A stretch of DNA of 63,683 nt, the filler included, from Folioceros fuciformis (taxonomy: Eukaryota), in the NCBI GenBank assembly GCA_049999805.1. It is 6 parts of 6 records of this genome, joined end to end, with 100 filler letters (N's around TTAATTAATTAA, not from the genome) between each part and the next. Parts side by side here need not be neighbours in the genome. Positions count along the whole stretch, not along the records: positions 1 to 24,029 come from JBNGIO010006298.1; positions 24,130 to 38,735 come from JBNGIO010006299.1; 4 more parts are not named here. One strand, written 5' to 3'. Shown piece by piece: positions 12,282 to 24,370 of the stretch. A program made the position numbers and the translations under genes. Position 1 is the stretch's first letter. Each line of letters begins with the position of its first letter. The notes under the pieces were generated by a model. It was not told the origin of the DNA and made no database searches. It worked only from the letters and a program-made list of their open reading frames with translations.

Positions 12282-14924
12282 CTAACCAAGTTGGAGAATC
12301 CTCTTGAGCCTCTCAGTCGCAAGAGTCTCTTCAAATTTCTCCAGTCCGTCCACCACTCTACTTCCAGAGACATCCATATTCAAAAGCCGCCTCAAGTCCC
12401 TGGCAACAGAGGACACGTCTGGCCCAATCTGCAAAACTGCACCAGAACCTGATGATGTTCGAGAAGGTGAAGACGGAGCTGAAGAAGACCCTCCCACAGA
12501 CGAGAATTCCTGGAACGATCCTTCACCAGCAGAAGATTCTTCAGAAAGTTCGTCGCTTGACTCAGAAGATGAGTCGGATTCACTTGAAACCACATCCAAA
12601 TCACTTGCCGCCGAATCCCTGATTTTGTGAAGGGAAAACTTAGGCATCGGAAGAGAACTAGGAGGGGGAGAATTGGAATAAGCTGGCCCTGCCCATCTCT
12701 CATTGGCTGGGGATCTTGGCCCGAGGAATAAGATATCCGATAATGAGTCGAGGAAACCAAAGTTGCCACTGCTGCTTTTCAACGGATAGCCCGGCACCGA
12801 GCTAATGCTCCCTGGAGACACTACGACAGGGTGCACGACAACCGACCTCCCTCGAGGACTCCCACTCTTCTCTCTGACCTTGGTAATACTTGGCACCAGG
12901 TCTTTCACAGGGGAATCTCCCCTCCTTACATGCTGATCAGCGTCCACAGACCCCCGTTTGCCCTCACGAGATTTGGGGCGCACAGGTCTCTGTTGAGCAT
13001 TGTCAGACCTCCTCTCGCGGCTGGAAGATGCACGGGAACTCCGCTGACCATCAAACTTGTCCCCAGATACGTCCTCAACCTGAGGAACATCACTATTCTT
13101 GGAAGGGGTTGTGACTCCCTTCTGCAGGGCCTCACCCTTACTTTTTCGATACGTTAAGCTCGCTTTCTTCGAAGTGGAAGCATCTACTGCCACAGTCGGC
13201 CCTTCATACGTGGAGGACTGCCAATCACTTCCCTCGGAAGCATCCCCAACGCTGCTCCTTGTCTCAGGTACTGTTAAGAGGCCCTTGAATAAGAGAACAT
13301 CCTTGGTCGCGGCCTCCACCTTGCTCTTCCGAAGCACCAGGCTCACTTTCCTCGCAGTGGAGGCATCCACTGTCACCGTCGACCCCTTCTGCACAGACGA
13401 CTGCCCATCCCCTTCCTCAGCGGCATCTGCAAGACTGCTCTTTGGCTCATCTGCTGTTACAAGGCCCCTGTGTAAGGGTACACCTTTGGCCACAGCCTCG
13501 ATCTGACTTCTTGGATGTAACAAGTTCACTTTCATTGCAGCAGATGACTCTGATGCCACAGCGGGCCCTTGCTGCGTGGCGGCCTTCCCATCACGTTCCT
13601 CAGCAGCATCTGCAACACTGCTCCTCGTCCCATCTCCTGTTAGGACTAGGCTCCTGGCTGGGGGAACATCCTTAGCAACCACCTCACCCTTGCTCTTTCG
13701 ATGCAACAAACTCACTGTCTTAGCGGTAGACGCATCTAATGCCACAGTCGGCCCTCCATGAGTGGAGGACTGCCCATCGCCCTGCTCGGCAGCATGTTCA
13801 AAACTGCTCCCTGTCTCACCTGCTGTCGGCAGGCTCTTCGAAGAGGGAACATCCTTGGCAGCGGCCTCACCCTTACTCTTCCGGTGCAACAAGCTCGCTT
13901 TCTTCACGGTAGACGCCTCGAAGGCCAGAGTCGGCCCTCGGTGAGTGGAGGACTGCCCATCGCCATGCTCAGCAGCATTTACAACACTGCTCCTTGTGTC
14001 ATTTGCAGTGAGCAGGCCCTTAGATGATGGAACATCTTTGGCTGCAGCAGCTTCAGCCAAAGCCGCGGGTGGAGGTGCAGGAAGCCCGTTCTTGTAAATT
14101 TCAGACAGCGGCACCCCAGTGATGATGGCAAGATTCTCAGCCGCCGCCTCCTTGGTCTGGGGTCTCTTGAGGATGGTGATGACGGGAGCAGCCAATGTCA
14201 CGCTTCTCTGCCTGGAAGAGGATGTCGATCTCTCCGAGTCTTGCCTGCCCTTGAAAATGTCGGCACTGACAGAGCCTCTTTCTCTCTCCGGAACCCTCCT
14301 GTCCGGCGGCCGCCTGTCAAGAACGTCAGGCCTCCGGTCGGAAGCGGAGCAGTCGGAAATGCCTTTAGCTGGCCGCTTGTCAAGCGAGCCTCTGCCCCTC
14401 TCCAGGGGCTTCTTGTCTGAGGTCCTGTCCAAAACGGCGGCCTCGGAGCCCCTCCTGTCCAACACCTTCTTGCCATGCACCCGCTCCAGCACAGCGGCGG
14501 GCTTGGGCAAAACTCCGGAACGAAAAATTCTTGCTCCGTTAAACTGGCCTCCTGACAGCGCCGATTGAGAGGACCCAAAGAAGGTAGCACTCATGCCGTG
14601 TGACGACGACAACCTGGAAGAAGAAGAAGAAGAAGAAAAAGGAGAAGAAGGAGGAGAAGAAGAAGAAGCAGCGTGCATGAGTCGGGCTGGAGACCCGGTG
14701 GCGGAAGCGGCCAAACCCCGTAGAACACCAACAGATATGTCTCCACTGAGATACCACGACGCATCCGACATCATGGACGCAATTGTTACTTGAGAGGATG
14801 TCTTCCCAGACTTCCTCCTCGCTCTTGGATTAGCCCCCAGCGGAGAAGCTACGCCAGGAACGGTCCTGGCATGATGCCGGTACTCCGTAAGATGGTCCCT
14901 GGCTGGGAGCACTGCGGTTTCCAT
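12282..14924 (-). CDS. Intronless, disordered protein with a PNRC/Edc1-like motif and C-terminal leucine-rich helices
   Basis: Long ORF from METAVL (ATG at 14924); WAGPAYSNSPPPSSLPMPKF motif; terminal VARDLRRLLNM and ATERLKRILQL helices; Ser-rich. Confidence 0.8.
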   Translation of the reverse strand: METAVLPARDHLTEYRHHARTVPGVASPLGANPRARRKSGKTSSQVTIASMMSDASWYLSGDISVGVLRGLAASATGSPARLMHAASSSSPPSSPFSSSSSSSRLSSSHGMSATFFGSSQSALSGGQFNGARIFRSGVLPKPAAVLERVHGKKVLDRRGSEAAVLDRTSDKKPLERGRGSLDKRPAKGISDCSASDRRPDVLDRRPPDRRVPERERGSVSADIFKGRQDSERSTSSSRQRSVTLAAPVITILKRPQTKEAAAENLAIITGVPLSEIYKNGLPAPPPAALAEAAAAKDVPSSKGLLTANDTRSSVVNAAEHGDGQSSTHRGPTLAFEASTVKKASLLHRKSKGEAAAKDVPSSKSLPTAGETGSSFEHAAEQGDGQSSTHGGPTVALDASTAKTVSLLHRKSKGEVVAKDVPPARSLVLTGDGTRSSVADAAEERDGKAATQQGPAVASESSAAMKVNLLHPRSQIEAVAKGVPLHRGLVTADEPKSSLADAAEEGDGQSSVQKGSTVTVDASTARKVSLVLRKSKVEAATKDVLLFKGLLTVPETRSSVGDASEGSDWQSSTYEGPTVAVDASTSKKASLTYRKSKGEALQKGVTTPSKNSDVPQVEDVSGDKFDGQRSSRASSSRERRSDNAQQRPVRPKSREGKRGSVDADQHVRRGDSPVKDLVPSITKVREKSGSPRGRSVVVHPVVVSPGSISSVPGYPLKSSSGNFGFLDSLSDILFLGPRSPANERWAGPAYSNSPPPSSLPMPKFSLHKIRDSAASDLDVVSSESDSSSESSDELSEESSAGEGSFQEFSSVGGSSSAPSSPSRTSSGSGAVLQIGPDVSSVARDLRRLLNMDVSGSRVVDGLEKFEETLATERLKRILQLG
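13131..14048 (-). repeat. Coding tandem repeat: five copies of a unit of about 61 aa (183 bp)
   Basis: AAAKDVPSSK...AAExGDGQSSTHxGPTVAxDASTxKKxSLLHRKSKGE repeated 5 times over 918 nt. Confidence 0.92.
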
Positions 14925-16241
14925 GGCTCGCAAGAATGTACCACTACTACCCTAGGCACAAAATGCAGGTTTCGCTGCCGCTGCCGCTTTCTTTGGCCGC
15001 CCTGCTCTACGAGACAAGGCCACCTGCAACCGCTACCCCGCCCCTACCTACCGCTCTGCCCCAGGTCTTAGCAGTCTTTCCCACTCCGTTGCTCGTCTCC
15101 ACAAGGCCTTCCTCCTGACCACCCAACTTTCTTCTTTCCACCAGCAACTTGAAACACCCAAACTCATGGGTGGAACGAACACACCGCCCTGCCGAAAGCG
15201 TGCTTCCGCCGCAGCCTCCAGCATAAGCCCACACCGCTGTGTGGGAACGTGGAGCCGACCGTCAAAGGCAAAGCAGAGCTCGGATCTGGCAGCAAGCAGC
15301 ACAGCATGTGAGTGAGGCTCTCCGTCAGCCACCACCAAACCCTCGTCCCCAGATCTGGAGACAGAAACACCAACCTTTCTCGGGGCAAATTTACTCGGGG
15401 CGTGTACGACTCGTGTAGCTGCTTAGCTGCCTGCCTCTCAGACTCTCCTTCTGTGTGGCCTTCGCAGTAGGAGTCGGTGCTGGTACAACAACCTCCAATG
15501 ATCGTAGCATGTGAGAGAGAAAGCTGCATTGCCTCTTATTTATGTTTCAGGCCGCTGGTGGGTACGAAACAGCCACAAGGGCCTAGGGAGGCATCGTACC
15601 ACCAACGAGGAAACTAACATAAATTACGCTCGATTATTAGCTTCGGCCAAAACTGCCAGGATATTTTCTACATACAAAGACATGTACACACCGGAGGCCG
15701 TCGGCGTGCTTTTAATTTCATTTTTCCCATAATGAATCCAATTTGGCATGTCCAATAAGGAAGCTTCCATGAGGAACACGCAAGAAGGTTTGGTTTCCGA
15801 CGCTGCCTGCCTGGTGAACTGGGTTTCTAGGGTGGGCCTCATTTATCTAACGTTATGTCATAATCTCCTCTCTCTCTCTCTTCCTCTCTTTCTCTCTCTT
15901 GCACCGCCGTGTAACCGTACACCATACCCCGGACGGGATAGGTCTCCGGTCGCCGCGGAGTCAGACCGCGGAGCCATCCCTTCCACGTCGCTGCGGGAAC
16001 TCCGGGAAGGCTATGGTCGCAAGACGGCTCCCTTCCAGGGAGCCGCTGGTGCGCTTCCACGCCCTTTCCAGCTGCTAATTTTGATAAATAATAAAATTGT
16101 ATAATTAGTATCCCAAGTACCAACCACACTTCTCCTTAAACTCTTGCAATAGAAGGTTCAATTGAAGTTTCGTGCACCACTCCTTCTTTACTTTTTACAA
16201 TATTCTTCTTTATAATCTAAACTTCAAACACAACATGTTGA

Positions 16242-17200
16242 TTATGAAACATTAGCGCAATCACCTCCTTTCCTTGCTGCCTCGAAACTAATTGGCTGCT
16301 TTTCATTTGACTCATCATAGTAGGAATACCACTTCATAAGAGCAAATATAGTTACCTCGTAGATGATCACCCAAGCTATGGGGATGCCATTCATATGGCA
16401 ATTTAGAGCCATAATGATGTACATTTGATACTTGTACCCGTTCACACGAAAAGTGGAATCCATAGCCAGAAGACTATTGTATCTATGTTGGACAAATGGA
16501 CAAATGTATCAAGTATGAACTGTATTTCAATCTAAGTAAAAAAAATCACTCTCGGCTAGCATGTGAAATATGAAAGCATCATGAAGCTTCATCCAAATGG
16601 CAGCACTATTTTTATTATCCTCATCAAACTTCCACACTTCGTTCTCGAGTTCTTTAACAACATTGTAACAACATTGTACTAAGTGTCAAGAGTTAAGTAG
16701 CCATGTCTAATCTTAATATATAAAATATCATGCTCATAGTTAGGCCCTTGGGAAGACATAGTTGGACAACACTTTCTAGCCGTGGAGTTGTGATACATGC
16801 ACATTATCTCATTAATGGATACCTTACAACATAGACAAAAAAGAATCGAGGATTTTTCTCTTTAAATAAATGTCGAGCCCTTACATCTATGGCCAACCCA
16901 CAACAACTTGGTCCGTATGATAAGTAGCCCGAGGCATCAATGTGTTTATTTTCATTCAAAAGTATCTTAGCAAAAGTTGGCCACCACAAAAGTTGCTTCA
17001 CTAAAAAAAAAGCTCTACAACCATGTTTTATGCTTTGGCTTGCGGTAATTTTGGATTGCCTCTATTTCGGAGATGTAGCTTTTATACTACAAGGTGTTAT
17101 TGTAGAAGGCATTACTTGTGGATTGTGATATCTAAGATGTATTGGACCACATATACAAGTCCAATACTTATACACAAAAGCGAAAAAAAAGTAAGAAATA
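16242..17200 (-). mobile_element. Degenerate Mutator-like (MULE) transposase remnant
   Basis: MDSTFRVNGYKYQMYIIMALNCHMNGIPIAWVII resembles the first catalytic-D block of MULE transposases. Upstream fragments (NVVKELENEVWKFDEDNKNSAAIW; VKQLLWWPTFAKI...HIDASG) are broken by stops. Confidence 0.65.
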
Positions 17201-17223
17201 GATGAAGGACATTGACAAGCATA

Positions 17224-17403
17224 CATCACGTTGTGGTGTACCGCTAAACATCGCATTCATGCATGGTTCATTAGTTAACAATACTCATATCACACCACAT
17301 TACACACACATCAGACATCACGTTGTGCTGTACCGCTAACCATCGCATTCATACATGGTTCATTAGTTAACAATACTCATACCACACCACATTACACACA
17401 CAT
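17224..17403. repeat. Tandem duplication, about 92-bp unit, 2 copies
   Basis: CATCACGTTGTG(G/C)TGTACCGCTAA...CACATTACACACACAT at 17224 and 17316. Confidence 0.85.
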
Positions 17404-19040
17404 TAAACACTGCATGATGATGCTGCAGCTTTATAAGAATGAAGCGTTTACTTCCTTCAGACACTACAAAATCTCCTCCATCTGCATCCACACTTCTCAT
17501 AGCTGTAACTTGGCTTCTCAAATCCTCGATCGGATACATGACCTTGCACACCGCGCACACGCACACCTTTGCCGGATTTCCAATAAGAGAATGCTCCCTC
17601 AAGAGAAAGCCTATTCCTAAAAAACAAGAGAATACAAGCTTACAACTGTAGTGAACACTGTTGAGCTAGGCTTTTATACTTGCTACCTCAGACTTGTTGC
17701 AGCCACATCCACACATCTAGTTGTGTGTCTATCTACATGACTTTATATTTTCTAATCATCTCCACTAAATATATATTCATCTCCACTATATTTTCTCTTG
17801 CTTTGTGTGCAATTCTAAGTTGCTTGTTGGAGAAGGTTTTTCAATATTGTAAACCCTAGTAGGCACAAAAAAGAAAACACAAAATGTTGGTTTATGTGCA
17901 ATATATGGTAGTGTCACCTATGAATCTAATATGTTTAAAGCGACTACAACTCTGTGCCTATGTAGTTTATCATGTTTTGTGTTTACCATGTAACCTTCTT
18001 CCATGCAGTGATTTTATTCTCAAAACATGGCCCCACCACATTACATAATTGTTGCAAAAGCCAATCAATGCTTCACCTACTGCCTTGGAAGTAGATATAT
18101 AAGCCTTTCTTAAGCAATTGATGTCATGCCTAATGGATGAGGCACACTCTTGTCTAGTACAAGAAAGTTACAAGGAAGTATAATGAAGTCGTAGCAAAAC
18201 TTAGAAAACATGACCATGTAAATAAAGTGATCATAAAGTTGATCCAAATGTACTTATTTTTGTCTCCCATATTACATAAAAGTACTCCACAAAAGGCATT
18301 TGCATCTTGCCCACTTTTTTTAAGAGAAGCCAAGTACGGTACCCCAAACAGTGATTCTATGTTAAATAATTATAATTAATAAAATCACCATAGTATGAAT
18401 GCTGAATTTAGTAGAAACTATTTCAGTGAGATGCTGAAAACGAGAAAACCTTAGCTGATTATGTTTGATACATTTTGATGAGAGAGATCATAAGCTTGCC
18501 ACATGTTGGTCTACCTGGCATTCAACTCGGGAACGCATGCTAGAAGGTGTTGTGTTTGGAGCATGGAATTCAGCATAATGGCCAATTGACTAAGTGAGTG
18601 TCTCCTTTCCAGCATTTGGTCATAGGGTTTAGGGTTACATGCTATACACACATTAAACACTACATGATGGTGCTGCAGCTCTATAAGAGTGAAGCATTTG
18701 CTTCCTTCAAACACCACAAAATCTCCTCCATCAACATCCGCACTTTTCAAAGCTGTAACTTGGCTTCTCAAATCCTCGATTTGGTCACATGATCTTGCAC
18801 ACTACTCACACGCACACCTCAATCGGATTTCCAACAAGAGAATGCTCCCTCGAGAGAAAGGCTATTCTCAGAAAGCAAGAGAAAGCAAGAGAATACAAGC
18901 TTACAGCTGCAGTGGACACCATTGAGCTAGGCTTTTATACCTGCTACCTCAGAGACCTACTGCAGCCACATCCACATATCTAGTTGTGTGTCTATCTAGT
19001 TGACTTTATATTATATTTTCTAATCATCTTCACTAAATAA
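17394..19040. repeat. Dispersed direct repeat of about 390 bp (copies at about 17394-17780 and 18645-19040)
   Basis: Both copies run ACACACATTAAACACT...AAATCTCCTCCATC...TTGAGCTAGGCTTTTATAC...TTTTCTAATCATC, diverged by substitutions and small indels. Confidence 0.85.
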
Positions 19041-19481
19041 TTATTAATTACCACTAATGTCATTTGTTAGCATCTTTTAATAATTAACTAATTACTATTT
19101 GCATGCATCTAAGCGACAACACACAATCATGCTCAATAATCATTACAAAGTTGACACCCCATAAGTAGAACTTGTATTAAGGCTAGTGAGTCAAACATGT
19201 AACACTCTCTAAACTATGATAGTAAGTTAAAATATGTCTAGATCAGAAAATGTCACTCTATATCTCGATGTAGCAAATTAGACTCAAAGAGTGCCACTCT
19301 ATATTCAAATGTAGCAAGTTTACACTAAAATAAGAAATCTTTTGATATACTTATACATATCATTGTGTAATCTCTTCTTCAGCTCAATATTAGCTTAACC
19401 TGATATTTTTTCCGTAAATGTTTTTGTTTCAGCAATCCCACAATGTGAAGTACGAAAGAAACCAGCAAGCTTGAGGCACTT

Positions 19482-19754
19482 ATGGTGGCCATAGAATACG
19501 TCATAGATTTTCTCTCTATACACCTAGGCAAGCCAAGGGAGACCATTGCACCCTATGTGCTTGAGAGTGGAGACTCAAGGCTAAGTTTAAAGTTCTTAGA
19601 GAAACATGCTCTCATAGGAGTTTTTGTTAAAGAGCTTGTAGGCCACCTAGTGGTAGCAAATTGGATGCAAGAAAACTGCAACTGCAATCCTATTACTCAG
19701 CAAACCAATGGAAAGCCCATCCTTGCTCTTCATCCATACCAGGGCAGCCATTAG
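19482..19754 (+). pseudogene. Possible LINE ORF1 (DUF4283-like) remnant
   Basis: LKFLEKHALIGVFVKELVGHLVVANWMQEN loosely fits the plant L1 ORF1 pattern; short and decayed. Confidence 0.3.
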
Positions 19755-20040
19755 ATCAACTCCTCTAACCATTGACTCAATCTTAAGCTTAATCCTACCC
19801 CTTAGCAGTTTTAGTTCAACTCCAACCCTAGAATCCAAGATCTTAAGGCTAGGAACAATAGGGATCGCTTAACATCTTAAGAGCATAGAAGGAAAAATCA
19901 GTGTTAACTCCCAAACTCTTAAGTTTCAACATCCCAATAATAACTCAACCAAACTCTAACAAATAGCAAAACCAAATCTAGGCCAAAATCCCATGATGTG
20001 TTTTTGGTAGCTTTAGCATGGTATTGTAACGAGGGAGGTC

Positions 20041-22149
20041 CTTTTTTTTTTTTTACGAAGAAAAAATTTGATTATTCGCAGTTTAGGCTACACCAACGGC
20101 ATATCAATTGCGTCCGCAACTGAATACCTTAGCCTAGACTCAAAATCTAAGCTGCAGAAGCGAGCAAAGCTAAACTGCCCTACGATCAAGAGCCACCCAG
20201 CCCTTATGAGACTTATCTACCCCATGGGCAGGAGTGCTTCCATTGGTCATTGTGCCGGAGGAAGCCTGCAAGTATCCACTCTCTTCGCCTGAACTTAAAG
20301 TGAGTGGACGTTCGAATACTTTCCGCAACCACAAGTACCTGCTCCCAGATGCGCCATAGCAAAGCTTTCCTAGCGACCGGCTCACTCCCACCATATACCA
20401 TTGCTGTCCAGTTTTGCCACAAGGAAAACAGTGATAGGGACCAAACCACTCCCCACCATTGGAATTTGAGAATTGGCCCCCCAACCTGTCTGTCCAGCCC
20501 AAATAAGGCAGCTTGCTCGGTAAACAAGATGGCTCTCTCTGGGAGAAGTCTCTGTAGCCACCTATCGACTTCGTTCCAAATACCCTACGCATACTCGCAA
20601 TGAAAGAAAATATGTTGGCTTTTATGCGGAGCGCCAACGTTGCATAGCCTGTAGCATTCCTCCCCCGTGGCCACCAACAACCCGTCCCATCGGTTTGCAT
20701 TAGGCAAGAAAGCTTGGAAAAAACACCAGATGGTTACCCTCACCTTAGGGGGGATCCCTAGGGTCGACCACAAGAGTTTGATCGTTGCCTTTTGCCGATG
20801 CTGGGAGAGTTGCGGCCTAGGAGCTAGTCAACTTCGCCGAGGACATTTTTGCGCTCGCGCCAATCGGAGGTACACGGTTGCCGACGGAAAATTGAAGAGT
20901 GACTTCAAAGTGGCCTGCTTACTTCCTGCGCTCCCAAGCCACGCATATAGGTGGGGGCGTATCACTAACTCCCAATTCTCCTTCAAGTGAAACCAACATC
21001 TTATAGAACGCTGTTGCATGACCTGTTTCCGGTTGCCTTACTCTTCCTAGGTAAGCCAAAAACCCGCTCATCTAGCCTTGTATAGTATGGTAATCCCTCT
21101 CAGGGTGACTCCACCCATCGCGCCTTCAGCTCTACCTTTTTCCTCCTGCAGCCCTTTTGTGTTCAGCGTCCTATAAGATAGGATTCCTTCCTCATCTGTC
21201 CTTGATATCACGAGCACCGCTCTGTCAAAATCTGGGAGGGGCTCGTCCAGCTCCTAGACGGAGCCACCTGCTCTATCGTCCATGGGGTAAGCTCCCCACA
21301 TATTGATGCCAACCTGAGCCTCATGTAGCAGCGCTAGCTTCACATCCTCTGCCATCCCTTCCTGGAGCTAGGCAAGCATAAATCTCTCCTGTCGAACAGG
21401 GACCCCAAACTCTTCCCGCTTCTCCTTCGCTGATTTCCAACCAGCATGTCTATGGTTCCACAGGTGTCTGAGCTGCACAATGCCTCTTTTGCTAGCGGAA
21501 CCAAAGATTTGAGACCGGTTCACTCGAGAAAGGAAGTCCTGAGACCACAGCCCCTTAAAGCCTTGGAGAGGGAGCCCCAAAACATCGTCCCTATTCCTGG
21601 GCTTGGCATAGATAAGAAAGGTTTTCACCTCCAGGGAACTGCACAAGATTGAAGCAAAAAGAGGGGAGCAGTTCCTGGTATCCAACAGGGGCCTATTCGC
21701 CAGGAGGTTGTCCATAGACATCCGCCCCCGCGTGACCGCTTGAGACAGCTGCAAGTGTTGGGTTAACCAGCTTTTCCAAGGGTATCATGTTGGTCCAGCT
21801 GCCTTCAGCACCCATTGCATATATAGGATCTTCACTTTGCTCGTGGGGTCAACCAACCCCAAACCCCCCAAGCGCTTGCACTGAATAATATGATGCCACG
21901 CCACCTTATGGGAAGAAGAGAGCAGCTCCTTAGACTTGCTCCATAGGAAGTGGGAAATTATCTGTTGCAATTGTCTCAGATCCGCCTCGTTAGGAGCCCA
22001 CAAGAACAAGTAGTACCACAGGGACGGTGTCAGAATATTATTGATGACAACAATTCTGCCTGCCAGACTAAGTTTCAAAAGTCGTAAGCTGGTTGCCTTC
22101 CGGATGAACCGAAGACATACAAATTTACCAATCTCCGCATTCTCATCAA
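20041..22149 (-). mobile_element. 5'-truncated L1-type LINE (ORF2 C-terminal part, zf-RVT), pseudogenised
   Basis: LSLAGRIVVINNIL...HFLW...KVAWHHI...GGLGL; PPKVRVTIW...CYRLC...HIFFHC zinc finger; poly(A) tail seen as T13 at 20042-20054; flanking 10-bp direct repeat GAGGGAGGTC at 20031-20040 and 22150-22159. Confidence 0.85.
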
Positions 22150-23125
22150 GAGGGAGGTCATTTGGTTTTGAACCATCATGCATTAAGACCTCTTCCCACT
22201 CTTTGCACCTAACCATCAAAGCGCATAGGGGTAGATAGCAACAGCCTCATAATAACCATGTTGAATTCCAACAATGTGAATCAAGAATCCACACCATCAC
22301 ACAATTAACAAGATTGGCCCTAGTCTCTAGCCAAAATTTTCCAACAGCGGGATTAGCCTACCATGTGGTGACTCTACAACGAGTGCTACATCAGATATGT
22401 ACACTTTAGCAACAAAATTCAGCCTAAGACTTAAGATCCCACAACAACATTAGCAAAGCCCATAAGATGGCAGAGCAAGAGAGCTTGGAAACAGGAAACC
22501 ACAAGATCAAGCTCACTATCCAGTAAATAAGAATCAACTAGGGGTCGTAACCAATCTTCTTGCAAGAAATCCCCATGTCCAACCCCACTAACTAGCAACA
22601 CAACCATGGCTCAATTACATCTAGCTATAGCCCAATGTGAGTTCCATCTTAGAGTCTTGAACCCTATATGCATTAGAAGAGATGGGGGCTTATTGATATT
22701 TTGGCAATAGTAATAGTAACAAATAACGACTTGCTTGTACCAGGGATGGGTGCTTGCAACTTGGCTAAAGCAGGAGACTCCCAACCCTTGTGCACGAGCG
22801 TCTCTTTCCCAACCTTGAATTAATATGCCTAAGCCCTACAATAGGAGAGAAGGAGCCCCCAAATGATCTTGCTGAGAAAATATGGAAATTGGTGTAGACC
22901 AATTGCTATAAAACAATTATATTATTATATTGATTAAACAATAATTATATACAGCATAGACAAATAACTGAACTTAAGCTAGGTAGGGTGAATAGACACA
23001 CCCTTTCATAAAGGACGTAACCCAAATGAACGGGCACCTAGACTTATAGTAGCTATGAACGCATTCACCAAACGAAACCTAATGTATTAACGCCCTATTC
23101 TCATCACTCCCACTTGTTAATCATT

Positions 23126-24370
23126 ATGGGGTCGGTTTGCCTCCCCTCCACTACGTTCAGAGTTGTGGAGACTGTGACTCCAGCTGAGAACCTCGCGACC
23201 CTTGTGTGTACTTTGGGGCGTAGGCTCAAGGTGGCACTGCTGTGTGTGAAGGCGACCGTCTACAGGTTTGCACTTCTTGTAGCTGCTATTTACGTCCCAT
23301 GCCTTCTGGCAATAAAGCTCGTTGAGCGAAGGTTGAGGAAAGTAACAATGGCGTCTTTAGGGTCTGATGCTCTAGCAGCCAAGCGGCGCACATACCACCG
23401 GGACGCTGTAGGAAGATTCATCACATCGCCTGTGGCTAGAACAACTGCCATCGGAGCACGGGCGGAAGAGCATCAACCTGCACAGCAGCCAGAGACACAC
23501 ACACGAGGAGGAGGAGCTAGCGGCGTTAGGAGACCGCGGGGGCGGCCGCGAGGCACTACCAAAGCAAGCTTGAGCCAGCAGCGTGACATCGCGACATCCG
23601 GACTCTCCGTCTCCCCTCCAAGCTTTCGTCTTTCCAGCATCAGAGGTAGGAAGACTGCTGGCCAGATTACAGCAACTCCAGCGACACGTTCTTCAGGCGC
23701 TGTGGATGCGGGCAAAGGTTCAGGCACAGCACAAGGGAGGACGGCGGCTAGGACTGCCGAATCTTCGAGAGCCGGGGCTATGGGCAGCCTATCCAGGAGT
23801 CGCATTCCTGAGCTCGTGTACTCACAGGCTATTGTGGAACAAAGGCGCTTCAATCGAGGTGAGTTCGAGTACGAAGGTGCTAACCAACGTCCTCCAGTTC
23901 CACCCAGATTTCCAGTTCCAAGCAACGTCATGTCAGAGACCAAGGTGATCACACCTGGTACTTGGGAAGTGTCGGGCAGCCTGCTGTGGTACAAGTGCCA
24001 AGTTTCTGGCATCACCATGAAGAGAGTGANNNNNNNNNNNNNNNNNNNNNNNNNNNNNNNNNNNNNNNNNNNNTTAATTAATTAANNNNNNNNNNNNNNN
24101 NNNNNNNNNNNNNNNNNNNNNNNNNNNNNGACTGATGGAGACGAGCATCGCCTGCGCTGTGGCCAGTACCTCAACGTCATGGGGTACCAAGTGGAGCTTA
24201 ACATTTCCTTGAGCTGGAAGAGACCAACACCAGCTGGAGAAAAGGGGGCAGGAGAACTCCTGCCATGGACGGAGGAGGAGATCAAGAAAGAAGTTGACTT
24301 GGTCGTTTGTCTCAGGGAGGCACTGAAACTCTTGGGCCAGCTCGAGGAAGATGGCGAGTTCGGAGGTTGA
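23126..24370 (+). CDS. Unknown ORF with N-terminal hydrophobic segment and AT-hook-like motif; probably the antisense 3' ORF of Copia A; spans a gap
   Basis: Open from ATG 23126 to the gap at 24030 (about 300 codons); FALLVAAIYVPCLLAIKL then basic ERRLRK; RRPRGRPRG; further open frame 24131-24370. Confidence 0.5.

Noticed and set aside
24074-24085. Palindromic TTAATTAATTAA recurring inside N runs (also about 38780, 51774, 58065, 62181)
   Set aside because: Always centred in 100-nt gaps; an artificial six-frame stop linker from scaffolding, not biology.
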